From positions 171,988,001 to 172,052,000 of the forward strand of contig JBITNC010000001.1 of NCBI GenBank assembly GCA_050084985.1: DNA of 64,000 nucleotides, in the 5' to 3' direction. Under the pieces are notes generated by a model that was given only the letters and a program-made list of their open reading frames with translations, was not told the origin of the DNA and ran no database searches. Source of the DNA: Nageia nagi (taxonomy: Eukaryota > Plantae > Pinophyta). Each line of letters begins with the position of its first letter. Within the stretch, counting starts at the first letter, position 1. Below are positions 14,901 to 28,400 of this stretch, in pieces. The translations under genes and the position numbers were made by a program.

Positions 14901-15075
14901 TGAATTACCAGATGGGTGGTAGGTATTTATTTGTTCAGTTCCTATTGTATGGTAATGTGATAGACTGTTACCTTTTTGTTTATTGCATTAAGCGCCCAAG
15001 GTGTTATTATATCCACCCATACATGTTTGTATGATTTAGTTTTTTATTAATTTAAAGCTTTATCATTAAAAAAAA
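8946..15075 (+). mobile_element. Near full-length decayed L1/Tx1-like LINE (ORF1, EN-RT-zf ORF2, poly(A))
   Basis: ORF1 motifs (IWVEL, RICVKIDLSK); ORF2 motifs WNVKG, DFN, KRLDR, WRPITLLN, KIDFEKTYD, VRKGYPLAP, FTDD, CPFCNCEE; A8 at 15068-15075. TTCAAAT flanks both ends (possible TSD). Confidence 0.85.
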
Positions 15076-15099
15076 TTCAAATATTATTTAGGAAAAAAA

Positions 15100-16030
15100 T
15101 TTATGATTGCCTCAAGGATGCGATGTTCTTGTATTTTGATACAACATTAGATTTTGAATGGAAAAAATAAGACAAAAAAGGTATTTTTTTTATAAATTAT
15201 TATTAATAATAATTTTAAAAAAAATATTTTTTTAATTAAAATTTTATTTTCTACAAAAATAAAAAACTATGTTTTTATAATTATGTATTTTTCAGCCAAG
15301 CAACAAATAATAAATAACCTTAAAAAATATTGAGGTTATGGGTGGAGTGTAGAAAAAGCACTCCAAATGGTAAGCCACAACTTGAATTGAAAAAAGAGAT
15401 CACTTGAGAAGATCCAAAAAAAAAGATTCAACCAGATGATTGTATGGGTGCTAGACCACCAACATGTAATAAGAAAGTGTAGAATAAAATGGTTTAAAAA
15501 GTGAATGATTATGAAGGGCACCACAGGTCCACATATGAGTGCTTTGTGCATAAAAAGTTGTATCTATGCACAATTTTAGTAGATCAATTTTTTTTGGTGG
15601 TATGCATCAGTTTAGTAGCGTAGGAAATATGGAATTGAGGCCATGTTTGTAAGTATATTCTATAAATTATTTAATATTTTAAAATAAATAATTAAATAAT
15701 GATAATATTATTTAATTAAATATATATTTTTTGAAGTTCAATAGATATGGAAGATTTTCGACACCATATGAATTAGTGCTATGGACTTAAAGAAGGTTTC
15801 AATTGGTTAATCACATTGGTGGAGGCAGTAAGTAAATAATGATATTTTATGTACTTTTAATTAAGTTTAATTATTTAATTAAGATTTTAATTTTTTATTT
15901 ATTTAATAACATTTAATTAATTTTTAATTGCATTAGGATTCATCACTAGTGCCAATAGAGGTTGAAGATTAAACTGCTAAGGGTGGTGGTGGTGATCATG
16001 ATGGTGAAGCTAGTGATCGTTATGAACTTG
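15100..16030 (+). pseudogene. Decayed intron-containing ORF, possibly CACTA TnpA-like accessory gene
   Basis: Exon-like blocks (e.g. GARPPTCNKKV*NKMV) separated by very AT-rich GT-AG introns, upstream of the CACTA terminus at 18403. Confidence 0.3.
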
Positions 16031-16164
16031 TTAGTTATTATGATGTTGATTTATGATACATTAGATTTGATATTATGATACATTATGATTTGACATTATG
16101 ATATATTTATGTCATAAGTTTTAAATTTATGCTTTGAGTTGAGTTTCATATTTGATATTTATTA

Positions 16165-17800
16165 TTTTTTTATTAATAGATTAATTTTGTATCAAACAAA
16201 AAATATGAAATTTATAAGGGACTTCACCAACCTTTACATTAGGGAAAATTTAAGCAATTGGGTTTATAGATTATTCTAGATTGCTGCATTCTACCATCCA
16301 ACAACAAAAAAAGGAGAATTTATATGCTACTATCCAACATAGTCTAATCGCTAGCCCTCTTAATAGCCTAAACTAAATTTTATTCTCCTTTACATATTAG
16401 ATACAAATTAGATACAAAAGCACAAATTTGACTTCTTTGATTATCCCACTCACTAATCAATACATGGGTTCCAAAGAGCATTATTTTATCTCCTTTTATC
16501 TACCAATGTAATAAATTAAAATTCAAAATAACTTTTGCCACCTAGTTCCTCCTCGATTTTCATGTGCAAAGGATGGGTCCATTTCCAGTCTAGAGATTTC
16601 ATGAGTTCCTCCTGGTTCTATCTTATTTGTGGATATTATCTTAGCATGGATTCTGTTTTCAATATTAAGCTCAGTCTTGCTATCCGAAGATGTTCCATAT
16701 GATTTGTTGCTCCTTTCCTTGGTGTCTATCTTGTTCCCATATGGTGATTGCTCCTCCTTCATCTAAGAAAAATCCTCATATTTTGGTAGTCCTTCCCCAA
16801 TGTGTTCCTCTTTTCCAAAGAGTTTTGATGGTTTTTCTTCTTCGATTTGTTCCTCATTCTATTGGAACTAAACTTCACTTTCTTCATCCTCCTTTTTGAT
16901 GTCCTCTTCTATGGTGCATTGAAAATTTGGGCATATTCTTATGTCCCTATTATTGGCAATTGAAACATCTAAAAGAGTAACATTCGTACTTTATTCTCTG
17001 AACATGGGTCCTCCAGATATGGTGATGAATTTTGGCCAAGAATCAAATTTCTTCATCCAAACAACAATTCTAGCTTTGCCTAGATCATAGAGTCCTTCCA
17101 TATTCTCCTGAGTATACTCATCTAATCCTTGGAAAGCCCCAATAGCATTTCCTATTTTGCTAATTCATTTTTTACTCCAAAACTCAATGGGAAGTGCATA
17201 TAAATTAATCCACATTAGGTATCCCATGATTTCCTCTGTAAGAGGGTTTAAATATTTTATCCATTCCCTCATGTAAATCCCCCTTTGCCTAAAGAACTAC
17301 TTGCATTTGTGACTTAAAACCCATTTATAGTCACCCAAATCTTCAAAACAAAATATAAAGAAATTATTTGGGAGAACAAGGATTCAAAACTCCCCATCAC
17401 ATTGAAAGGCTTCTTCTGCAAATCTTCTTTAGTCTTCATAATAAAGGCATTTACCTTTGATCTTATAGATTATTCCATGTGTTTGAAGTTCTCCTAAATT
17501 CATCGCTAGATCCTCATATTCAAAACTAAGTTCCATTTGTGTGTTCCTCATTTGGCTAACACTATCACCAATTTTAGAACTTGCATTATTACTTCCTTTC
17601 TGCTTGATGTTGTGATAGACCTCTTCATGGTTCTATTTGATGCTATTGTATACCTCTCCATGGTTCTACTTGATACTATTGTATACCTCTCCATGGTTCT
17701 TCTTAACACTCTTATTGTACTCTCCACGGAAATCTTCAAATTGCTTCATAATTGCTCTTGTAGATCCTTCCTTGACTCACTTTTGGCTCTCCCCATGGTG
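16165..17800 (-). mobile_element. ORF1-only L1-like element
   Basis: Minus strand: DUF4283-like VLPNNFF and GYLMWINLYALPIEFWS, knuckle RCFNCQ**GH, ORF end at 16523, then about 350 nt of UTR ending in AATAAAAAAA (T-run 16165-16171). No ORF2 motifs between. Confidence 0.65.
17612..17730. repeat. 33-bp tandem repeat (about 3.5 copies) in the ORF1 N-terminus
   Basis: Unit gtatacctctccatggttctacttgatactatt, encoding RTMERYTIxSx repeats on the minus strand. Confidence 0.8.
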
Positions 17801-17989
17801 CTTATACTTCTTTATCTTAATATTTATTATTTATTATTCACATTTATATAATATTTAACATTTCTATTTATTTGCTTATTTCATTTCAATTTAATAAAAT
17901 AATTTTGTTAAAAAATATTATTAAAATAGAATATAAATAAATACAAAAAAAAGGGATTTAATTCCCAATAAAAAAGTTTTCTCTAACGC

Positions 17990-18403
17990 TAATTTAATAC
18001 AAAAATTTTATTTTTGACATTAAATATGACACAATGTTATCGCTATGTTTGATGCAAAACTATCCAACCTTGACACTATATAAGATGTACATGTAGTTAT
18101 TACTAAAATTAAAATGTATTTTTTATGATGCATCTTGATGCTAATTATGACAAATATTGACATAATGTTTAATACAAATCATTTTTTGTGATGCAAATTA
18201 TGACACTTGATGATGCAAATTGAGATGCAGTATGATGCTAGATAAAATGCCATATCATATTTTTGATGACACTAAAGGTGATGCTACTCTTGATGTGTAT
18301 GTTAGCATACGATTTGAGAACAATGTTTTGGAAAAAAATTTAAAATAATTTACACTAGATTATGACGTGTGCCTTGACACTAAATTGGGTTTGTATTGTA
18401 GTG
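17990..18403. mobile_element. CACTA element terminus with subterminal repeats
   Basis: TTGTATTGTAGTG ends at 18403 (reverse complement CACTACAATACAA), preceded by about 400 bp of short dispersed TGATGC/TGACAC repeats. Confidence 0.6.
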
Positions 18404-18769
18404 ATCATAGAGACTAGTTCCTAGATAGCAATAACTATAGACTAGTTCCTAGATATGAACAACCTATAGTTATTGCAAATTAGCATCTTACTAAATCGAA
18501 TCATTCATGATTGTATAAAATATATGATGTGATGTAGGTACTAAATTGAAAATGATTATAGCTATAAGTAAAATTATTATGACCATAATAAAATTCAATA
18601 TGTAGTTATATGAATGTTGAATCAAAGAAAACTTCACCTTATCTATGATGTGGCTACCTATAAGGAGATCTTCCATCAAGCACCATGGATAAATATTGGC
18701 TAGGAGTAGCTATCTATTTCAATTATGTTATCTCCATTAATGAAGAAAATTTATACTTTCGATTAGATC

Positions 18770-20700
18770 TACCCATATGACAATACATTTAGTTTTGGGG
18801 TATTTTTATAGAAATAATGAGGACTATTATCATAAGGTTCATCATTTCCTAGATTTTGTAAGAAAGAATTCAATAGACCCTGAAAGAACTAGATGTCCAT
18901 GTTAGAAATTCTCAAACAAGAAAAAACTCTTCTTTTTTCAAAGGTTTATGATCACCTAATTTTGCATGAGATTGGCAAGAGATATATTGAGTTTATTTTT
19001 AATATAGAATAACACTCTAATTTTGATAAATATGCATTGAATATATACTATTTACTTATGAGAGTTCAATTATGGAAGATGTACAAGGAAACAACATTGG
19101 AATGGTCATTGATGCATGCAAATTGTTCAATTTCAATTTCTCATATAGTGGATAAGAGCCACGAGATAATGATATGGAGTTCTAATCATCTTATAGAGTG
19201 ATTCATGCTTATGAATGCCATATCTTGCTTGAAGATACCAAACAACCATTATAAACATGCTATACAAAGTACAAAAAGCTATCAACAATCATCAAAATAT
19301 ATAATCTCAAAGAAATACATGGCTAGTTGGAAAAAAGATTTGGTGACTTATCATAGCCACTAAAATATATGCTCTTAATTGATAATACAATTCAAGAGTG
19401 CACATATGTGGTAAATAAAATCATGAGGCCATTGGGATTACAATATTTAATGATAAATACATGCATTAATATTCCTCCAAAGGTCTTCATGAGTTATTTC
19501 TCCATTATACTAAGGTTGAAGAGAATGTATAGGTAAGTGATTTTAATATATCATTTTATTTTTTTATTTATTTGTTTCAATATTGTTAGATGTGGCTTAA
19601 GTGAATTGCTTTCTTCTTGTAGATCTACAAGGCTATGGATAATATGAGGTATAATTCCCAACATAAGAGTTCAAAAAGTAATGTTCCACATCTAATCAAC
19701 TCCCCGATGTGGAAAACTACAGATGTTAAGTGGAAATATTTCACCAATGATCCATACAATGTATGACATGCAATGGAAATTTATGGGTTCAACCCTTTTA
19801 CTAACCTTAGTATTATGTACAGATGCTTGGCCTATTATATTGGTCACTTACAAACTTCCATCATGGATTTGGATTAAGATGAAACATTCAATGCTCACCT
19901 TGTTATGCTTAGCCCTAAGAAACCAATCAATGATATTAATGTTTATCTACATGCATTGGTTGATGACTTACACAAAGTATAGACTAAAGGAGAATAAATG
20001 TATGATGCATTATCTAATACTACATTCAATATTAGAGAAATAATGATGTGGGCCATCCATAACTTTCGTACTTATGGAAATCTATCAAAATGTATGAAAA
20101 AGGGAAAGGAAAAATGTCCAATATGAAAATGCAATAGAAATATTGCTTACATGGGCCATAGGAGATTCCTTACTCCAAAATATTTATTTCATCATCAGAG
20201 GACATCTTTCAATGGTAAAGAAGAGCTCGATAAACCACCCAAACCTTTAAGTGGGATTAAAGTAATAAGAAAAAGTACAAGAAATTTTACCAAATTGGGG
20301 AAGGAGCAACTCAAATAAAAGGAAATGTGATATGAATGATGATAGTGTGTTTATTCCTATAACATGATAGAAGAAATTTATATTCTTCAATTTATCATAT
20401 TGGAAGGTATGACTTGAAACTTTCTTTCTATATTTATTTTTATGTCTCTCAATGTTGAGTAAATTTAAATTGATATTATTATCTATGAATAACATCTTCT
20501 AGTTGTCACAACTTGGATGTAATTCATATGGAGAAAAATCGATGTGAAAGCCAATTCTAAACACTACTAAGTATCAGTGAAAAGTTAAAGGATGGAAAAA
20601 AATTCCATTAGGGTTTTAAAAGTATGGGTATCATGAAGACATTGTGGCTACTAATGGATGGAAAGAAGATATTTATTTTCACCAACATCTTATAAGAAAA
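18770..20700 (+). mobile_element. CACTA TnpD/Tnp2 transposase pseudogene (transposase-associated domain and Transposase_21)
   Basis: Motifs in the expected order: FLDF, VYDHLILH, YFSIILRLKRMYR, GFNPF, WPIILVTYKLPSW, VYLHALVDDL, MWAIHNFRTYGNL, YMGHRRFL, HNLDVIHMEKN; many stops and frameshifts. Confidence 0.9.
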
Positions 20701-20949
20701 TTGAAATTGAAATTTCGTATTAATTTTCACAAATGGACAAAAATAATCAATGGGATTTTAGAAAAATACATATAAGAGGAGAAAGAAGTGTCTAGAGCGA
20801 CTCTGATAAGTAGTGTTAAACAAAAAAGTATGTTAAATACAAAAGGCCCAAGTAACATAGAAATTCTAAATATAGAGGCTCAAGGGGCACCTTCAAAATT
20901 TGAGATTAGAAAGAAGCTCATGATGTTAAAACCAACAGAAGTAATCCTA

Positions 20950-22260
20950 TGGGTTTAATAGTAAGACATCAATATGTAGTCCTTCCATAGTCATCAAAGA
21001 TCATGTGATGCTTCTAATTCATATTTTTCTATAGTTTAAAATAGGATGTGATAAGGTATGGAACTCATTATGTTGTGGGATATATTGATGGTCACTTTCT
21101 ATCTAAGGTGGATGGTTTCTCTAATATAGAGTATGATGCATATTTGGTCTTCATAATTCATCCATAATTTCAAAGTATGAGTACCTCTAACTAAGAAATA
21201 AAATTAGCCTTGAATTTATTATTAAATAGGGAAAATGAATATGAAATGATCTTCAATATTTGGTTTTATGTTGCATAGTTTCCATATATGCTAGTCTATG
21301 GGAATATGATGGTCTATCTCAATACAGAGCTGGTGTGAGTAAATCCTTACATGCCTAAGATGGAAATGAAGACCATGTGATATATGTAGTTTGATGTACT
21401 CATGGATGAAAATAGCATCATTCTCTAATTTTATGTGAGCCTAAAGGTAATGCAAGAGCTTTGGTGAGAGCAATTTTCTCATAGAATTCCAAGTTATCCT
21501 TAGGTTAAGTCGAGTAGATTACTTTTCTGATAATTTTATTGATATCCCTAGTAGAAGGATTAGAGATCTTTTCTAGGAGATAGAAGGGGGTATTCACTCT
21601 ATATACAAGCCTATATAATGTAGGAGAGAGGTGGATTATGCATACCAAAACCAACAAATGCCTTTATTTTCTATTTGCATTGAGGATTTGAGCTCTAAGA
21701 GAGGGCATCTCTTTGAGTAAGGGGCTATTGAAATCATGTGAAGGATGCTTTTTAGAAGCTCAATGATTTAGAATATTGTAAGAGACAACATGAGATATGC
21801 ATTAAATTCATTCAGAATGAGGGACATTCCTTTTGGCCTAAATTGATCTCGAGAGCATATTAACAAAAACTCTTTCAATGCGAGCCTAAGTAGAGTGTCC
21901 TAAGCAAGATCTCAAACTTTACATTCATAAATTAGGGTTGGAAAGACAAAGGAATGGAAGAGTTTATTTTTATTATGATATTTAGAATTAAATTTGAAAT
22001 ATTATCTCTCGATTATGACCATTACATTGTATCCTTTATTCATTCTATTTTAGGAGACTACGATCATGCTAAAAGTGGGACCTATGAAGAGTACACCCAA
22101 ATAGGTGTAAGAGGTGGCTTCCTCAATAGGTTTCTTTTGGAAAGTAAAGGGTACATTGAAAGAATATTATCTTGACATATAGAAGGATATAAAATTTATA
22201 TTTTTGAGATTAACTTCAAGAGCATGAGTAGCACAAAAGGTCCTTAGGATGTCAACCTAA
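20950..22260 (+). mobile_element. Highly decayed Ty3/gypsy (Tat/Ogre-like) pol remnant, RNase H to integrase
   Basis: Only faint motifs (FD-, HIPKP.N, F.WP) in pol order; no long ORF. Confidence 0.35.
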
Positions 22261-22299
22261 CGTTGAAACATAATTGTTGTATAAGATAAAAAAAATTAT

Positions 22300-25200
22300 A
22301 TTATCTACAAAGAGAGAAATTGAAACAATGGAATCATCCATAAGATAACCCACACTTGGTCCTCAATTATTTGAATTATCTTTTCAATTTCATCAATATA
22401 GAGCCCAAATAGAGTAGATAAGAGGGAGCAACCTTGTTTTACATCAATAATACTATAGACTATATCGAATAAGTAAGATCTAACCTGGACTTGGCCAACT
22501 ACCTATTTATATAATATCATGACAAGGAATAATATGTCTCTAGTGATCCCCTACATTCTCAAACATCTAGAATAGGAGATGTCTATGGACAGTATCAAAG
22601 GCTTTACAAAAGTTAATAAACTAATAGTTTACCTTTTGTTTATAGGAGATATTCTTCAATAATGAACCAAAAAGTGAGAATCTGGTTAACAGTGCAATAA
22701 TTTATACAAAATTTATATTGACCAAATGCATAAAGATTAATTTTCAACAAAGCCAGATATGAATTCATTAAGAGTCATGTCAAAGACTTTTTCTAGGGTG
22801 TGGCCAATTAAAATCATTTTATAGTTGCTAGAGTTGAGGGGGTCCATATATTTATAAATGGGTTGTATGATATTGAAGATCCAAGAGGAAGGCAACCCAT
22901 GAGAAGAGATGTAGTTAAACATTTCAGCAATATGACTGCCAAATTTATAGGACTATGCTTGAGGAATTTAGTAGTTAGGTTTTCAAAATATCAATTTAGA
23001 GTTTACAAATAGCTTGTAAAATCATTTTATCAATGAAGTGGTAAGGATAGGTTAAGATTTGGAAATAATAGAGGTTTGATTCGAGATGTTGTAGAGGGTA
23101 GAGATATAAGTGGACCACACATGTGGATCAGTGATAAAGCATAAGTGAGACTTAGGGAGAAAGACACCAAAAAATGTTAGCATTTGTCTTAAACATATTG
23201 ATTATTTTCCATCTTATCACAACATCATATTGTCTCTTCTTGTTTCTAGGGAGGATATGGTAATTTTGTTAGGGCTCTATAATTGTATAGGGGTTGAATT
23301 GCATAGAAAAGTGGGTGAGTTTATGGATGGACTTGCATTCATTATCAAACCATGAGTTATGAGGGTAGTAGCCAAGGCAAGGGTGAGGGGATGGGGTGTT
23401 TGTGGTATGAGTGAAGGATTAAATAGTGATTAACCATTGGGCTTAAGAGAAAAGATCCACCTGCAACATGGGGTCTTGCATATGGTGGAGGTTGGTGATA
23501 TGTTGTTTTAGTCTTTTTATGTAGATGTGGTTAAAATTATGGTCAAAGTGAATATGGAGGGTGGTATAACAAAGAGAGGGGATATGGGTGGAGAGTTGTG
23601 TGGTAAGAGGAATGGTAAGGATGAGATAAGCATGGTTGGATAGGGGTGGAGTATCAAAGGTATTGAAATCAATGATAGAAAAGGTGAAGGGGAGGTTATT
23701 TAGATCATAGTCGATCACACTAGTGTCACCAATAAAGGGGAAATGAGTAGAATGATTGGATTGATAGAATTGAACAATACCATTTAGAATGATCAAATCA
23801 TATGCTTCAGCCAAATTAACTAGGTATTTTCCATAAGATGTGATATTTTTCCTAGCATCATCAGACTATTATATTAGGCCTAAAGCATTGACATTAGTCT
23901 CTAATAATTGAAGAAGATATGAAGAAATATCATGTAAAAAATATTGGGATGTGGTTGTTCATGCATTGAATTCCCCTCATAGCATGATATCACTCAAGAG
24001 GAAAATATGGAGATCTATAGGTAAATATCCATGTAGGGTGAGTCGCCATCATTTGCAATATAATGGGATGAGGAAGCAAGAGAAAAGTAATAAATAATAA
24101 TAAAAATATGTTGAGAAGATAAATTCCTATAAAGAGAGATTCATATGTATTTGGAATGGATATATTATTATTCTAAATGAATGCATGAAGTTAAACACTC
24201 TTGATATAGGTAAGCAACACCTCTAGAGCCTTTGATACCTTAGCAAGTCTTCATTCTATAAGAAAAAAATCAAGAATAGCTTATGTAATATGGTATTCAT
24301 TTCATTTATGTTTCATGTATTGTGGTGAGAAGAATGAGATCCCTATCATGAATTACACCATTTAGTGAATCCAAAGAAGAGAAGTAAGATCCAACACAAT
24401 TCCATACAACCATTTTGATATGAGACCAAATACATGATTCCTAGTGTCATGTTGATGTGGGCCAAGGTTTAGTCCATCCTAAGGGAGGATTATCACATAT
24501 TCAAACTCTACTACTTCAAAGAATGGGTTGCCTTATTTTTTGGCTTTAATCATTTTATTTTTGTTAGCTTTGAGTTCTTCACATTGCAGTTGAGTCAAGT
24601 CTTCATCGAGAAATATATTATCTGGAAGATTGAATAATTTCCTCTTAGCTATTAAATCTTATAGGCATTCTCCAATTGATAAAAAATTAATAATAAGAGT
24701 CTTATCCAAGGATGATATCTTTCAGGTCCAAAGGTCTTGTGTATGAAATGTGACCAAAATGTATTGCATCGATTATTTTTAGAAGATCACAAACTCAAAG
24801 ATTGTGTTCCTTGGTGTGACACATATTTTCTTCTACAAATTTTGCATGTATTTCCATATAAACCATTGGTGGGGCTTTCTTTCCATTAACAACTTGCACC
24901 TGTAATTTGTGTTGCTTTACCTATTTCTAAATGGATTGTTGGTGGATGGTAGTCTCCTATCTAAGACATTAGTGTTGTGCAAGAAGATCATATTGTCTCA
25001 CTTTGATTTCATATATCATGACTTGGAGTTGTTGTGGAGTCTCTATGATAGGAGGGATGTGAAAGTGTTTTATTTGGCTTATTCTATCTTTTAATTTTGC
25101 AATAAGAATATCTTTATCGTGTAATTTTGTATCTGTAAGATACATTGTTCTAATTACATGATTTGCTTAGCTTGTGTGGTTATAATTGTTCATTGGCCTT

Positions 25201-25480
25201 GATAAAATAGAGAGGATAAATATTAATAGCTCAATTTATTCAATTCTTGATTTAAATAAATTTTCAAATCCATCAACCCCATTCGTGATGAGATCCTCAA
25301 TTCTCATTATGAGTTCTTGTTCCAAGAGATTCATGTTGTTTATGTTGTCAATGTCATTAGCATCTGCATTTTTCTTTTTCAATGAAATATTTGTTTATGT
25401 TCAAGGGCTAGAATATATCTCCAAAGCTATCACACTTTATGCCCTTAATATTTTATCAAAACTATCGATCACATAGGAAG
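22300..25480 (-). mobile_element. Decayed non-L1 LINE (RTE/L2-like) with coiled-coil ORF1, endonuclease and RT
   Basis: ORF 23443-23814 has APE motifs (LIILNG, SVIDY, LSNH); ORF 22737-22922 has RT N-terminus (PSSW..IIQPIYK..DP..SNYKMI); KAFDTV near 22590-22610. Confidence 0.8.
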
Positions 25481-28400
25481 AAGGCATGAATCTTCAACTA
25501 AAGAGAAATTTAAAAAAAAAAAAAAAAAAAACTCTTTCCATTTACTTTCCTTTGATTTAATTCAAATTGTTTGAATAAAATCCAAAAAAATATTTTTAAT
25601 TAAATTTAAAATCAACTTAAATCCACTTTAAAATCGGAAACGTTTTACTATGTCTTCACCCTTTACCCAAAGGAGGTGCACCTAGGTAAATGCCATGATA
25701 GTTGCCATGAATAATAGGAGCTACCATGAATAGCAGGTATCATGAGTTTTGTAAGCTTTATGAGTTTTCTTGGGAGAATGACAAGGTAGGGTAGGTAAGA
25801 TAAGTCACTCAAATGCATTTGTCATGCTCAATCATCATTAATACATGCATCTCATAGGGTTGTAGGTTCACAAGCTACATATAAGGGCAATGTGCAAGTT
25901 CGAAGCACTCTACCCTAAGTCACACTAAAAATCATTAGAATATTAAATAGATATAGAAGGTATACTAGTTATGCAAAATATCTATGCTAATATAAAGTAA
26001 AGGGCATAGAATTCCAATAGTAGAAGTTGAGAGTAAAAGGTAAGAGTACAAAGTCTCTTTTATTATGCAAAAATTAGGGTTTAATGGTGTACTCTAATTA
26101 AGGTTTCACATTTTTTTTAACATTCTTTTCATTATTTTTTGTCTAATATGAATTAGATAGATTTTAAATTTAATTATTAAATTATTTTTTAAGTTAATTT
26201 TTATGAAGGTGGTTATTAGATATCTATATTTGCCCCTTCTACAATATGCATTGAGAGAATAATCTTGGAATATGTATTGTGAGATAAATGAGTAATTATA
26301 AGAATGATATTTTGATATTTTTATTATTCTTTATTTAATCTTAAGTTTTATTAGTCAAAGTAAAAAAGAAAAGGAAAAAGTAAGTTTGTGCAACAAGGTG
26401 CAAATTCACATGGATACATACACCCTCAAGGTTTGGTACGAAGACCACATAGTGGATTAGATGCTCAAACCATGCTAAGGAAAGAAGAAGAAGAAATGAA
26501 GATTCAAAAGAAGAAATTGTATTTGATATTATTATTATACTTCTTATTATTTATTTATTTGTATGTGTTTACAACTTGCAACTTGTCATGAAAAGAAATA
26601 AAACACATACATGACAAAGTGCATGATTATAGAAGATAAACAAATAATAAAATACCACAACCATGTAAAATAATAATGCATAAAATAAAATATTAGCAAA
26701 GAATATGAATCATAAGGGAAAAAGTATAATATGAGAAAACCCTCTCACTATGTAATCATAACCATAACCACTACAAATACGTACAATAAATGAAAGAAGA
26801 TCAAAGATTAGAAAATTTTAATCTATAAAGTGTCATCCTATAATTATCTTCAAAATAGTAACTAGCTCAAAATAATAGTATGAACAATCCTTGAGAAATC
26901 ATCCCAAGAATATCAATAGTAAATAGGCATAAATAAAAAGACAACAATATGCCTTATTTTCCAACATTCTAATAAGATCAAATGTAAAATAGTAACAAGT
27001 CTAGCAATGAATGTAATATAGTAATTAATCTAATAGCATCACTACATGTGAAAATAAAATCTAGGACCTATTAGGCCATTGTTAGACAAGTTAGTTTTAC
27101 CCTATTGATGGTTCATGTTGCAATAGCGAGTCAACTTAGTAGTATGAAAGGAACTATTGATTCACACATTTGGTCATCATGCTTAGTTGAAAAGCTAGTG
27201 ACACGAAGCTACCACATGTCAAATTATGATTGAATGCCTCCAAGTCAAAATCCATGCTAGAAGCAACACACTTTCTCTCTCTTTGATTATCATTGGTGTA
27301 TTGGTTTAATTTCATGTAAATTCTATATCATTATTATATTTATACCCTCATTCGTAAACCAAGATAACCAAAACAAGTTTGGTGATTTCATTATGAATCT
27401 TAAATTTGTTAGAAACAACCATTTATTTATTTTATTTTTGCACAAATTTTGATATATCCTACAAATCATTAGGTTTAAAGGACATTAAAAGATATCATTC
27501 ATTCAAATATATTAACATCCCTTAATAAACTAAATAAATAAAAGATATTGAAAGAGAAGGATGATATGGGGAGCTCAAGAAAAATGAAGGAAGCCATCTT
27601 TCGAACCTGTGCTTCATTTGGGTGGAGTTCATTACTATCTTGGAGCAACTTCAGCAACTACCTACTCCATTCTAATAAAAAAGGCATGAGGAGGCCATGG
27701 CGATTTGAGTTGATGGGTCCTTCGAAGATATCATGGTCACGAATTTCTTGCAGAACTTGGGGTAGCCATTATCTTTTATGCTTCATACTATAGGTAAGGA
27801 AGAAGTTGAACAAGATGTATGCAAACCCTCACAAGCAGGAAGGAGCCACCAGGTAGGAAAACCTTGCAAAGGAAATACAAAGGAGGGAGGAGCTAAATGA
27901 ATAACTCATAAACCCTCTATAGATCTGAACAGAAAGATAGAGTGAAGGTAAAATGCCATATTTGTCATGTTCTACTTTGTTCTATTATGTTTTTTTCTAT
28001 TTGGTAGAAACCCTAATACCTACATGGATAAGAGGATCATTGCCCATTGATGAGCCGTACTAGAGTCTCCTAAGATCTAAGGGAAAACCTTGGGGTAATG
28101 GTGTAGGTTGATACCCAGTAGCATATCTTGTTTCCATGGTGTTTAGCATTGAGCAGTTGTCTCTTTGATGGCAAGAGTGAGGCTTCAATAAGGATTTTAA
28201 GGAAAAGATCCTAAATTTGATTTAAGAAATAGAAGAAGATAGGAGAATGTAGGTGCTTATAACGTTGAATGAAGCATGTTGACAGTAGACTAGGAGCTCA
28301 AGAAAATGGGGGAGGAAGCTCGTCTCTCGAATTTGAGCCTCAAATGGGCAAACTTCACCATTTTCCCTTGAAGAAACTATATTTACTATTGTCATCGGCT

